A DNA stretch of 32,000 bases from Candidatus Saccharimonadota bacterium. Its GTDB lineage: Bacteria > Bacillota_I > Bacilli_A > Mycoplasmatales > Hepatoplasmataceae. Under the pieces are notes generated by a model, which made no database searches, was not told where the DNA came from, and was given only the letters and a program-made list of their open reading frames with translations. Below, in pieces: positions 21,634 through 32,000 of this stretch. How positions within the stretch are numbered: the stretch's first letter is position 1; every line of letters begins with the position of its first letter. Made by a program: the position numbers and the translations under genes. The stretch lies in assembly GCA_027925225.1 (NCBI GenBank), contig AP027131.1:1-32000 (forward strand), read 5' to 3'.

Positions 21634-22032
21634 GTGAGAAAATATGAGGTAATGTTATTGTTTCAACCCACGCTTGATAAAGATATGCTTTTTCAAGAAA
21701 TGAGTGAAGCCGAAAAGCAATTGGGCGGAACAATTATTAGAAAAGATGAGTGAGGCCTTAGAAAACTTGCTTATCCAATAAGTAAATTTTTAGAAGCATA
21801 TTATGTAATTTATTATATTGAGACTGAGCCAGTAAATATAATAGAATTTAAGAAAATGCTTACTATTAAAAAGGAAATAATTAGAAATATGATTATAAAA
21901 CATGAAAAAAAATGACCATTTGAAATGAAAACAACAAAAGATTTAGTTTTTCAAAATAGAAGACAAAATATAAATAAAAAACAATATAGTGAACAAAGCG
22001 AAAAAGTAGAAGAAGATAAAAGTGATAAATAA
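21634..22032 (+). CDS. rpsF: 30S ribosomal protein S6. Absent from the standard-code track because of its GTG start and two TGA codons.
   Basis: Translation (M)RKYEVMLLFQPTLDKD...DEWGLRKLAYPI. RBS AAAAGGAG. Confidence 0.9.
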
Positions 22033-22465
22033 AGTTTTACTTACAGGCAGACTTACTTCAAATATTGAATTAAGACAAACAAATGATGGAATAGTTTTTT
22101 CTTATTTTACATTGGCCGTTCAAAGAATGAGTTCAAAAAATGAAACAGATTTTATTTCTTGTGTAACTTGAAGAAAAACTGCTGAATTTATGAGAGATTA
22201 TTTAAAAAAAGGTTCATTAATTGGAGTTGAAGGAAGACTTGAAGTTTATCGTTTAGAACAAGATGGAAATTATCAAACAAGAACAAATGTTAATGTTTCT
22301 CAAGTTCACTTTTTAGAATCAAAACAACAAAATATAGATCAATCAACTGAAAATGTATTTAATACAAATACAATACAAAAAAATAATTTTAATAATAAAA
22401 ATTTTGACAAAGAACAAGATGAAATGAAAATGGAGGATATCGATTTTGATGAAATCGATTTCTAG
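22022..22465 (+). CDS. ssb: Single-stranded DNA-binding protein.
   Basis: GTG start, [19 protein letters not shown]...FTLAVQR...WRKTAEF, and acidic C-terminal tip DIDFDEIDF. Overlaps rpsF by 11 nt. Confidence 0.9.
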
Positions 22466-22476
22466 AAAGGAGAATT

Positions 22477-22740
22477 ATGCCTAGAACAGCAAAAGGAAGA
22501 AAAATCAAAAAAAAACCAATGAGATTTAAAACTTCTAATAAAAAATGTATTTTTACAGAACAAAATATTGAATATATTGATTATAAAGATGTAGAAGTAT
22601 TAAAAAAATTTATATCATATTCAAATGGTAAAATTTTGTCAAGAAGAATTAAAGGTGTATCTGCAAAATATCAAAGAAAATTATCTCTTGCTATTAAAAG
22701 AGCTAGAGAAGTTGGCCTTTTACCATTTGTAGATTCATAG
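22477..22740 (+). CDS. rpsR: 30S ribosomal protein S18.
   Basis: [51 protein letters not shown]. Confidence 0.95.
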   Translation: MPRTAKGRKIKKKPMRFKTSNKKCIFTEQNIEYIDYKDVEVLKKFISYSNGKILSRRIKGVSAKYQRKLSLAIKRAREVGLLPFVDS

Positions 22741-22741
22741 A

Positions 22742-24703
22742 ATGAAAAAACGCTTAAACAATTTTTTTATAATTCAAATTTTATCAGCAGTCATTTTGGC
22801 ATTGTTGGTTATAGTTTTTGTATTATTATTTTTTGAAGAAGACTTTTCAGCAGTTATTTATGGAGTCTTCTTTGGAGCGACAATACTAATTTTTATATTA
22901 GTATTTTTTTATTTACTTTATTATTTTCAAAAAAATAGAAGACTTGTGAAAAGTTTTTTTTCACTTTTTCCAGATGTTATTGACAGTTTTCATTTTAATT
23001 TAAATAGTGGTTATATTATTTATGATGAAAGAAATAGAATTGTTTTTATTTCTAAATGATTATATGAAAATGGATTTAAGATATTTTTAGGTAAAAATAT
23101 AAATTTGTTTTATTCTCAAAGAAAATTTTTTGATAATGATGATACAATTTTTCATTTTAAAAATTCAACATATTTAGTAAAAAAATATAGTAAAACAAAT
23201 ATTTTAATTTTTAAGGATGAAACAAATCTTTCATTTTCAAATCAAATTATTAAAAAAAGAGATCTTGCTTTAATTGTTATAGATAAACATTTTTCAAATA
23301 AGGTAATTGATAAAGCAAAAATAAATTTAAATATAAATGAATACTTAGAAAAATGATCTGAAAAAAATAGTGGAATTTTACGTACTGAATCTACATTTGA
23401 TAGTTCTACACTTATTATTTTGAAATGAAATAAAATAAATACAGAAATAATACAAAAAAATTTAATGAATAAACTTATTGAGATTTTAGGAAATAATGTT
23501 CAAAATGCTTCTATTTCAATTGGTATTGCTCATGGTAATTTAGAGCTGGGTGATTTATTTAATAATGCAAAAGAAGCAACAGAACATGCTAAATCTAGAG
23601 GCGGAAATCAAGTAGTTATTTCTGATGAAAAAAATAGACTTTTAGTTGTAGGGGAATCAACGGTAAAAGATCAAGATAATTCTAAAGTAGAGTTAAAATT
23701 TTTTAATGATAATTTTACAAATCAACTAATTCATTTAAATAGAATTTTTATTACTGCACATATAAACGCTGATATTGATGCATTAGCTGCTAGTGTTGGA
23801 CTTGCAAGATTTGTAAAAGAATATAATAAAAATGTTTCAATTATTTTAGATGAATTTGATGGATCGTCTTCAAAAATATTTAATAATATTTCTCAACACA
23901 CTAAATCATTATTTATAAAAATAGATGATTTTAAAGAAAAAGTAAATAAAAAAATAGGAATAATAATTCTTGATACTTCAGATGACTCAAGAGTGCAAGC
24001 ATTTGATCTTTTGGAAAGCGTCGAAGTAGAAAATAGATTTATTATTGATCATCATAGAATAGGAATATCTAAGATAAAAACAATAAAAGAAAATGAATAT
24101 ATAGATACAGCTTCTTCTTCAACATCAGAATTAATTACTGAACTTTTTCTTTTAAAAGAAGTTGAAGGAAAAGATTACAAACATCTTTCAAAAGAAGAAG
24201 CATCGCTTTTAATTCTTGGAATTTATTTAGATACAAATAATTTAAAAAGAAATACATCTCCTCGTACATTTGAATCACTAACATATTTAACAAATGAAGG
24301 AGGAGAAATTAATAACTTAATAAATTATACAAAGAGCGATTTTTTAAATACTCCTTTAATTGTTTCTGCGCTTGAAAATATTGATAAAATTACTTCTGAA
24401 ATTGTTTATACTTATATTCCAGAAATGCAGATTGTTGATGAATCAACGCTTTCATTTCTTGCAAATATGCTTCTAGATTATGAAGGAATAAAGGCATCAT
24501 TTATACTTGCTAAAATAAATAAAAATACTTATAAAATGTCTGCTAGATCTATTGATAAAATTAACGTTCAAAATATTTGTGAAAAGTTAGGAGGCGGTGG
24601 ACATTTTAATGTTGCTGCCGTTACTTTTAATAAAGATGACATGAAATTTAAAAATTTAAGAAAAAAAATTAGAGATACAATTATTGAATCGGTTGCACTT
24701 TAG
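22742..24703 (+). CDS. gdpP: GdpP-type cyclic-di-AMP phosphodiesterase with 2 TM, a PAS-like region, a degenerate GGDEF, and DHH/DHHA1 domains (653 aa). Fuses three track ORFs.
   Basis: Two N-terminal TM helices. DHH motifs AHINADIDALA, ILDTSD and IIDHHR, plus DHHA1 GGGGH. Position after rpsR as in Bacillus yybT. Confidence 0.85.
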
Positions 24704-24714
24704 TAGGAGAAATT

Positions 24715-26040
24715 ATGAATGAATTTTTAGTTGAAAATCAAAATATTGAAAGAGCATTACTGGGACTTGTTATTAGAAAGCCTAATTTAGTTTCTCAAAT
24801 AATTGGTGTTTTAAGAGAAGAATATTTTGACGGAAAAAATAAAGAAGTTTTTTTAAAACTAGAAAATTTATTTAAAAAAAATCAAAAAATTGATGAAAAA
24901 ATTTTAATTGATAATCTTGTAAAAAATGATAAAAGTGATTTAAAAATTTGAGCAGAATATATTGCTGATTTAAAATTAGATTCTGGATTTGAATTAAATA
25001 TAAGAAATTATATTGATTTAATTTTAGAAAAATATCAAAAGCAACAGCTTTCTAAAGTTTTAGATTCTTCATTAAGAACAATTACAAAAGGTAATAAATC
25101 AAAACATTTAGATGAAATTATTCAAGATATTGAATCAAATATTTTTCATATTACAAAAAGCAGAGAATTAAAAGATTTTGAACCGATTGTTAATTTAACA
25201 GAAGAATTTTCTAAAAAATTAGAATTAATTAAAAAAGAAGGTTACAAAGAAGGAATTGAATCAGAAATAGGACAATTAGATTTTATTTTAGGTGGTTTTA
25301 AAAAAGGTGAATTTATTATAATAGCAGCTAGACCTTCTATGGGTAAAACTGCTTTTGCACTTCAAATTGTAAACAACATTTCAAGAAGAAAAAAAATAGG
25401 TTTATTTTCTTTAGAGATGCCTACAACTTCTATTTTACAAAGACTTATTTCATCAGAAGCAATGATTACTCAAGATTTTGTTAGAAATTATGATAGATTA
25501 AATGACAAGGAAATAAAAAGAGTTCAACTCGCAATTGAAAGAATTAAACCTAAAAATATTTGGATTGATGATACACCGGGACTTACTTTGGGAGAACTTA
25601 CTTGAAAAATAAGGAAATTACATTCATTAGTAAATTTAGATTTAATTGTAATTGATTATTTACAACTATTAGAGTCAAATAATAGATCTGATAATAGACA
25701 ACAAGAAATAACAGAAATATCTCGTACATTGAAATCATTAGCAAGAGAAATAGAAATACCAATTATTGCTTTAAGTCAATTATCGAGAAGGGTAGAAACA
25801 AGAGAAGATAAAAGACCAATGATGTCAGATTTAAGAGAATCGGGAGCAATAGAACAAGATGCAGATGTTGTTTTATTGCTTTATCGAGCAAATTATTATA
25901 ATAAAGGAGAGCAGCAAAGAGCTATTATAGAAGACCTTGAAGTTATTGTTTCAAAAAATAGAAATGGAAAAACTGGAATTTCTAAGTTAGATATGAATAT
26001 GGAATTTGGTAAAATAACTTCAAAGGTTATGACGGAATAA
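24715..26040 (+). CDS. dnaB: Replicative DNA helicase, DnaB/DnaC type (441 aa).
   Basis: Walker [30 protein letters not shown] and [13 protein letters not shown]. Three fragments joined by TGA. Confidence 0.95.
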
Positions 26041-26044
26041 AAAA

Positions 26045-26278
26045 ATGAGTTCAGCATTAATGATTGTTTCTTTCATTATTTCAATTATTTTAATTATTGT
26101 TTTATATTTACAATCAGGGAGAGTAAAAAATGTAGGTTCTTCTATTATTGGAATAAAAGACGTTGAGTTATTCGAAAATATAAAAAGAAGAGGATTTGAA
26201 AAGTATTTGCATATCTTTACTTGGATACTTGTTGTAATTTTTATGGCACTTCCTGTGATAGCACTTATTGTTGCATAA
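26045..26278 (+). CDS. secG: Preprotein translocase subunit SecG.
   Basis: 77 aa with two TM helices and the LYLQSGRVKNVGSS loop typical of SecG. Conserved secG-rnr-smpB order. Confidence 0.75.
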   Translation: MSSALMIVSFIISIILIIVLYLQSGRVKNVGSSIIGIKDVELFENIKRRGFEKYLHIFTWILVVIFMALPVIALIVA

Positions 26279-26285
26279 AGAGAAA

Positions 26286-28361
26286 ATGGAAAAAAAAGAT
26301 TTAATTTTAGAACTTTTAGAAAAAAAGCCTTTAAGTTTTAAAGAAATACAAAGAGAACTTTTTAAAAAGCTTTCAGTTCAAAATAGAGAACTTGATTTAA
26401 TTCTTAATGAATTAAAAAGAGATAATAAAATTTATTTTAAAAGAAGAGAAGATAAATATTATTTAAAAAACGAAGAATCAGTAATTGGTATTTTTAAGGA
26501 AACAAGATTTCAATATGGTTTTGTTGAAGTGGAAGACAAAACCTATTTTATTCCAGAAAGATTTACTTCTACTGCTTTAAGTAATGATACTGTTAAAATT
26601 GTCCTTTTTCCACTTAGAGACAAAGACAAACCAGATAGAAGATCTGGGAAAATTGTTAGGATAGTAAAAAGAAATGGAAATAACATTATTGTTAGAGTTA
26701 AAAAAGATAAAACTAATAAATTGGTTATTTTGCCAGATGAAGAATCAAGATTTTCTTTTGCTCTTACAAATAAAGAAAATTATAAAGAAAACACAATTTT
26801 AGTTACAAGATTTCAAAATATATTTGAAAAAATTGTTTATCTTGATGTTTTAAAAATTTTAGGTGATGAGAGCGATGCAAAAATTGATTATCTTGTTCTC
26901 GCTTATAAAAATAATATTAAATTAAAATTTTCAAACGAAGCAATAATTGAAGCAAAAAAATTTGATGTATTTAAAAATAAAGAGAGAATTGATTATCGTA
27001 ATTTACTAACTTATACAATTGATGGAGAAAGTTCAAAAGATTTAGATGATGCAATAAGTATAGAAAAAGAAAAAGATGGATTTATTTTATATGTTCACAT
27101 TGCTGATGTTTCAAATTTTGTAAGAGAGGAAAGTGTATTGGATTACGAGGCCTATAAAAGATGTAATTCAATTTATTTAATAGATCAAGTTTTTCCAATG
27201 CTTCCTGAGATTTTATCAAATCAATTATGTTCTTTAAATCCCAATGTAGATAGACTTGCACTTACATGCAAAATGTTTATAAATAGAGCAGGGAAAGTTA
27301 TAAAATATCAAATTGATAATTCGATAATAAATTCTAATTTTAGACTCACATATGAAGAAATTGATGTTTTTTTTGATAACAAAAAAGAAATATTAAGAAA
27401 TGACGAAAACCTTACAAAATCTATTCTTTATGCAAAAGAGTTATCTCAAATTATAAGAAATAATAAATTAAAAAATGGAATGATAGATTTTAATCTTCCA
27501 GAAACAAAAATAGATTTAGATAAAAATGGAGAGCCAATTAGAATATGAAATAAGTTTCAAAGTGTTTCAGAAAAAATAATAGAAGATTTAATGGTAATTA
27601 CAAATCAAAGTGTAGCTAATTTTTTAATTCATAATCACATAAAAGGAATTTTTAGAATTCATGACAAGCCAAAACAAGCAAGTATTGAATCATTTCTATT
27701 ATTATTAAAAACACTTGTTTCTCAACCTATTGATTCCTCAGAAAAAATTAATCAACATTGATTTTCAAGATTTTTAAATGTAATTAAAGGTGAGGATTAT
27801 GAATTAATTGTAAAAAGAAATATGATTCAAACTATGGAAAAGGCAATTTATTCAAATAAGAATTCTGGGCATTATGCACTTGGATTAGGAGAATATTTAC
27901 ATTTTACTTCTCCTATAAGAAGATATGCTGATTTAATTGTTCATAGAAATATAAAAAAATTTTTAAAAGATAAATCCTATTTTAAAGATGAACATGATAA
28001 TGAATTGGAATCTATTGCACTTGAATGTTCAAAAAAAGAGAGAGATGCAGCAAATATTGAAAGAAAATTAAAAGATATTAAAAAAGTAAGATATCTTGAA
28101 AAACATAGAAATGAAAGTTTTGATGCAATAATAATCTCGTTTACAAAAATTGGAATGTATGTTGAAATTGATGGTTTAATTCAAGGAATTGTAAAATATA
28201 GCTCATTTTTAAATTCGGAATATTCATATGAAGAAAATAATTATTATGTTTCAATAATAAAAGACAAAAAAGAAGAGAGATATGAATTAGGGAAAAAAGT
28301 AAAGGTTAAAATAAGTGATTTAAGTCTTGTTCGAGGGCAAGTTGATTTTGATATTATTTAA
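26286..28361 (+). CDS. rnr: Ribonuclease R (691 aa).
   Basis: RNB motifs TIDGESSKDLDDAISI and HYALGLGEYLHFTSPIRRYADLIVHR, plus a C-terminal S1-like domain. ATG 26286 is preferred to the TTG at 26268 inside secG. Confidence 0.93.
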
Positions 28362-28367
28362 TTATCT

Positions 28368-28811
28368 ATGAAAGTAATATCTAAAAACAAAAGAGCAAAA
28401 TATGACTATGTTTTAAAAGATACTTATCTTGCAGGAATTTCCTTAATGGGATCTGAAGTAAAATCAATACGTGCGGGTGATGTTTCTTTAAATGAATCTT
28501 ATATTCTTGTTGATAAAAACAGAAATCTCAAACTAATAAATATGGATGTTAAAAAATATTCTTATTCTTTAGATTTTTCTAATTATGATTCTAAAAGAAC
28601 AAGACAACTTTTACTTACAAAAAATGAAATTAAAAAAATATCTGAAAAAGTAAAACTAGAAAATTTAGTTATCATTCCTACTGTAATTGGTTTATCTCAT
28701 AAAGGACTTGTAAAATTAGAAATTAGACTAGGTAAACCAAGAAAAAAATATGATAAAAGAGAATATGAAAAAGAAAAGGAATTTAAAAAAATAAGAAAAA
28801 ATTATTTATAA
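28368..28811 (+). CDS. smpB: SsrA-binding protein SmpB.
   Basis: NKRAKYDYVLKDTYLAGISLMGSEVKSIR N-terminus and a basic C-terminal tail. Lies immediately upstream of ssrA. Confidence 0.93.
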   Translation: MKVISKNKRAKYDYVLKDTYLAGISLMGSEVKSIRAGDVSLNESYILVDKNRNLKLINMDVKKYSYSLDFSNYDSKRTRQLLLTKNEIKKISEKVKLENLVIIPTVIGLSHKGLVKLEIRLGKPRKKYDKREYEKEKEFKKIRKNYL

Positions 28812-28910
28812 ATATAAACATTAGATGAAACTATAAGTATCTTTATTTAAAAAAATAATGATAAAATATAGTAAGACAGTAGATTTTTATTTATACTATT
28901 ACTTCTTAAT

Positions 28911-29254
28911 GGGGGTGTAGTGGATTTGACAATTTAGTGATTGTTTTAAATGCAGTGGTCTGATAAACCTTAATATCAAACCTTAAAAATAATCGGAAAC
29001 GATGATCAACCTGTTGATCTAGCATTAATGCAAGAAGAAGTTAATTCTTCTTATGCATTTGCATAAGTAGACAACATTTCTGATAAATATTACTCTTGGT
29101 ATTTATTGGGAAAGTTTTACAAGAGAAAATAGTAGGCATACTATAAATGTAAAAACCTTCCAAATTAAAAAAATTATTTAAAATGGATAAACTGTAGATT
29201 TTTAAAATTGGGTTGCTATTTTGGACTCGGGTTCGATTCCCGACACCTCCACCA
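28911..29254 (+). ncRNA. ssrA: Transfer-messenger RNA (tmRNA, ssrA).
   Basis: 5' GGGGGUG pairs with 3' CACCUCC followed by ACCA. T-arm GGGTTCGATTCCC. Internal tag ORF at 28995-29066. Confidence 0.92.
28995..29066 (+). other. tmRNA tag reading frame encoding (A)GNDDQPVDLALMQEEVNSSYAFA, then stop.
   Basis: The upstream context AAAAAUAAUC-GGA-AAC-GAU-GAU closely parallels E. coli AAAAAUAGUC-GCA-AAC-GAC-GAA. The tag ends in hydrophobic YAFA then TAA, like other Mollicutes tags ending in FAFA. Confidence 0.7.
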
Positions 29255-29275
29255 TTTAATTTATATGCGATTGTT

Positions 29276-30985
29276 ATGTTTTACTTTTTGCTAATCCTTT
29301 ATAATATTTTGTTTGCAGTTGCGATTTGTATAACTTATTTTTTAATAAAGGAATATAAAAGAGTAAAGGGTGACAATCGCCTTCTCTTATTTTTTTATTT
29401 TTTATTAGGACTCTTATTTTTTATTTATGAGTTTTTTATTGCATATTATGAAACAGATTTAACTTTTTTTCTTTCAATAATAGCAATTTATTCTTTCTTT
29501 TTTGCAATTTATAGTGATAGAAAATCAGTTTTTTTTATTATTCCACTTGCAACTGTAGGAACATTTTTTAATTTTTATAATCAGGATGTTGAATTTTTAA
29601 ATTCTTTTACATTTGCTATATTTAATTTTTTAATTATTATTTTTATTTCATGACTTGTCACATATTCAGGAATTGAATATTTTAAAAATAATAATAATTC
29701 TAAAAATGTAATATTAGCTTCCTTAATTTATTTAATATTCTTTTTTAGCTTCCTTGCAGTTTATGAAAAAATATTTTTAACATTAATAGCAAAAGATATT
29801 ATTTTGCTTTTCATTTATGAAATTTTAATTTTTTCTTTTTTTGTATTTATAGTTTTTTATTTATTTAAAGGTGTTGATCTACTTTATTTAAATTATTTTA
29901 ATTTAAGCAAAAATCTTTTTGATAAAAAACAATCTTATTATAAAATGGCACTTTGAAGAAAAAAATTGAATGAAAAAATATTTACTGAAAAAATAACATT
30001 TGGAGCATTAATTTTTTTAAAAATAAATTATAAAAATTTAGAAAAAGAAACACTTGAAAAATTTTTAGAAGATTTTAATAATGAATTAAATAAAAAATAT
30101 GAAAATGTTTTTTATTTTAAATCAAGTAATCTTTATTATTCTTTTTTTATTCCAATGAAAGAAAGTGATATAAATTTAGAAATTTTTTATCAAAATAATT
30201 CTTCAAAAATAAGAAAAAAAGATTTTTTTTCATCTTTAAAAAATATATTAACTAATAATTTATATAAAAATATTTCAAAAAAAATTTATATTTCTCTTTA
30301 TGGTGTAGACTCATCAAATATTAATGATTTAATTAAAAATAATGAATATTTAATTTTTGAAGATATAGAATTTGATAAAAAATATCCTATTCAAATTTTC
30401 AATTATAGAATTTTCAAAAACTCATTACTTGAAAGATTTGAGCTTTATACATATATGAGCAAATATGAAAAATTAGATTTAAATTATTATTTATATCTTT
30501 CAGAAAAAAAAATATACCTTTATAATGCAATTCTTACAGAAAATAATAATAAAATCTATTTAAATTCACTTGAATCCAAGAAAAGCAAAAAAGAATACAC
30601 ATATTTATTAAGATATGCTGCATTAAATGCTTTAAAAAATTTTAAAAAAGACGATTTTGATTATTTTATTTTAGATTATCCAATAAATTATTTAATAAAT
30701 AATGATATTGATATTACAATATTTGCTAAAAAAATAAGTAATATGTTTAATTATTCTTTAGAAAAATTATTAATTGGTTTTAGAATAGAAGATTTTAAAA
30801 AAACTTGAGAAATAAAAAAATTATCAGAAATTTTAATTAAATTAGAAGAGTGTAAAATAAAATATGCAATTTTAGATGAAAAAGAATATAAAAATATTCA
30901 CTCAAAATATTTAAATCCAATTTTAAAAATAGAAGGAAATAAATATAAAATAGCTAATAAAATATTTGATTTAAGTTTTATATAG
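29276..30985 (+). CDS. Polytopic membrane protein (about 7 TM) with a cytoplasmic region resembling a degenerate GGDEF followed by a degenerate, truncated EAL-like domain (569 aa).
   Basis: Fuses 29213-29653 (true ATG 29276, downstream of the tmRNA) with 29966-30808 and a tail via TGA. GGDEF-like pattern: DKKQSYYKMAL, FGALIFLKINYKNL, FYFKSSNLYYSFFIP (GGDEF replaced by SSNLY), IYISLYGVD. EAL-like pattern: LDLNYYLYLSEKKIYLYNAILTE, FILDYPINYL, LIGFRIED, KIKYAILDEKEY, ILKIEGNKY. Confidence 0.5.
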
Positions 30986-31035
30986 ATTTGATTTAATTTT
31001 TTTATAAATCTATAATTAAAATAGTATTAAGGAAA

Positions 31036-31608
31036 ATGACGGATACACAATTTTGGATAATATTAGGTGTTACGATAATTTTATTTGTGATTACATGAAT
31101 ATTTTTATTTAATCCTTTTCGTAAATTTAAAGCAATTTTTAAAAAGAAAACATTAGCAGAAGAAAAAATTGCTATTATTCAAAATATTATAATTGCACTT
31201 GATAATTTATCAAATATTAAAAGAGGAGCAACAATAATTTTAGATGATATTGATGAAACTAATGATTATATTGCAGATTATGAATATTTAAATTCTGAAG
31301 TAACATCAAATTTAATAACCAATATTTTTGAAGGTGTAAATACTCCGCTTCATGATGGAGCAATAGTAATTAATAATGGCAAAATGAAAAGTGCATCTGC
31401 TTTTATTTCAAAACTTTCAAATAAAAAAGTTCCTTCTCAATTTGGAACAAGACATAGATCGGCTCTAGGACTTAGTGAGGTTACGGGTGCTGTAATTATT
31501 GTTCTTTCAGAAGAAACAAAAAATATTCACATTTTTTATAAAGGGAAATTTGAAAAAATAAATAAAAGTAATCTTTTTGAAAAAATATATGAGAAATGAG
31601 TAAAATAA
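31036..31608 (+). CDS. Diadenylate cyclase (DAC domain) with a single N-terminal TM helix, CdaM-like (190 aa).
   Basis: TM FWIILGVTIILFVITWIFLF. DAC motifs RGATIIL, LHDGAIVI and GTRHRSALGLSE. Two TGA read-throughs. Confidence 0.85.
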
Positions 31609-31623
31609 AAATTAAGGAGAATT

Positions 31624-32000
31624 ATGGCTACAAATCATATAGAGGCAAAAAATGACGAAATAAATAAAATTGTTTTAATGGCAGGAGATCCATTAAGAGT
31701 AAAATATTATGCAGATAAGTTTTTAAAAAATAAAAAACTAGTTAGCAAAGCTCGTGGAATACTTGCCTATAGTGGTAAAGTAAACGAATTAGAAATTACA
31801 CTTATAGGACATGGGATGGGACTTGATTCAATAGGTATTTATGCTTTTGAATTATTTAAATTTTATAATGTTGATTTAATTATGAGATTAGGGTCTTGTG
31901 GTTCATATAATAAAAATATTAATCTTTATGATTTGATAGTCGCTAAAAGTGCTTATTCTTTTTCAAATTATGGTAAAACATATAAATATTCTAATAAAAC
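31624..32000 (+). CDS. deoD: Purine nucleoside phosphorylase, DeoD type. 3' end runs off the window.
   Basis: MATNHIEAKNDEINKIVLMAGDPLRVKYYADKFL...GHGMGLDSIGIY...RLGSCG, collinear with E. coli DeoD. RBS AAGGAGAATTATG. Confidence 0.88.
   Translation, partial: MATNHIEAKNDEINKIVLMAGDPLRVKYYADKFLKNKKLVSKARGILAYSGKVNELEITLIGHGMGLDSIGIYAFELFKFYNVDLIMRLGSCGSYNKNINLYDLIVAKSAYSFSNYGKTYKYSNK

Noticed and set aside
29213-29275. Track ORF start (MLFWTRVRFPTPPPFNLYAIV...) for the membrane protein.
   Set aside because: These codons lie inside the tmRNA T-arm and acceptor 3' end (GGTTCGATTCCCGACACCTCCACCA). The plausible start is the ATG at 29276.
30981-31014. AT-only inverted repeat (TATAGATTT...AAATCTATA) after the GGDEF/EAL-like gene, considered as a terminator.
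   Set aside because: It has a 9-bp all-A/T stem with a 16-nt loop and no trailing T-run, so it is too weak to call. The right arm also overlaps a TATAAT-like -10 candidate for the cyclase gene.
29255-31020. Genomic island or prophage integrated at ssrA, a common att site.
   Set aside because: There is no integrase, no phage-like gene, and no visible direct repeat of the GC-rich tmRNA 3' end downstream within the window. The region reads as ordinary chromosomal genes.
1-32000. Widespread pseudogenisation, suggested by the many fragmented ORFs.
   Set aside because: All interruptions I examined are TGA only and leave conserved motifs in frame. This fits genetic code 4 rather than gene decay.
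1-32000. CRISPR arrays, rRNA or tRNA genes, IS elements.
   Set aside because: I saw no regularly spaced direct repeats, no GC-rich structured RNA segments other than the tmRNA, and no transposase-like ORFs during manual reading. This was not an exhaustive computational scan.

Overview
This window is the origin-proximal 32 kb of a very AT-rich, Mollicutes-type (Mycoplasma-like) chromosome. It must be read with translation table 4 (TGA = Trp). Nearly every break in the supplied standard-code ORF track is an in-frame TGA. Reading through them fuses the fragments into about 30 intact CDS plus one tmRNA, all on the + strand, consistent with co-orientation with replication from an oriC around dnaA at the window start. 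The backbone, in order, is dnaA-dnaN, mnmE-tatD-rsmA, prs, pth, tilS-hpt-ftsH, a giant FtsX-type ABC permease with its ATPase, lysS, rpsF-ssb-rpsR-gdpP-dnaB, secG-rnr-smpB-ssrA, a single-TM diadenylate cyclase, and deoD (3' partial). Six non-backbone items deserve attention. (1) A dnaN/mnmE islet holds a 73-aa two-TM peptide, a Panacea/DUF4065-like ORF and a start-less in-frame tail, and is a candidate PanAT-like toxin-antitoxin module. (2) An orphan RecB/Cas4-like PD-(D/E)xK nuclease lies between prs and pth. (3) An AsnA-like protein with eroded catalytic motifs sits beside lysS. (4) A polytopic membrane protein with degenerate GGDEF and truncated EAL-like regions lies between ssrA and the diadenylate cyclase, and gdpP is also in the window. 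(5) Long low-complexity N-terminal extensions are present on FtsH and the ABC ATPase. (6) rplI is absent from the usual gdpP/dnaB junction. I saw no rRNA, tRNA, CRISPR array, transposase or integrase. All calls rest on manual translation and recalled family motifs; no database search was run.
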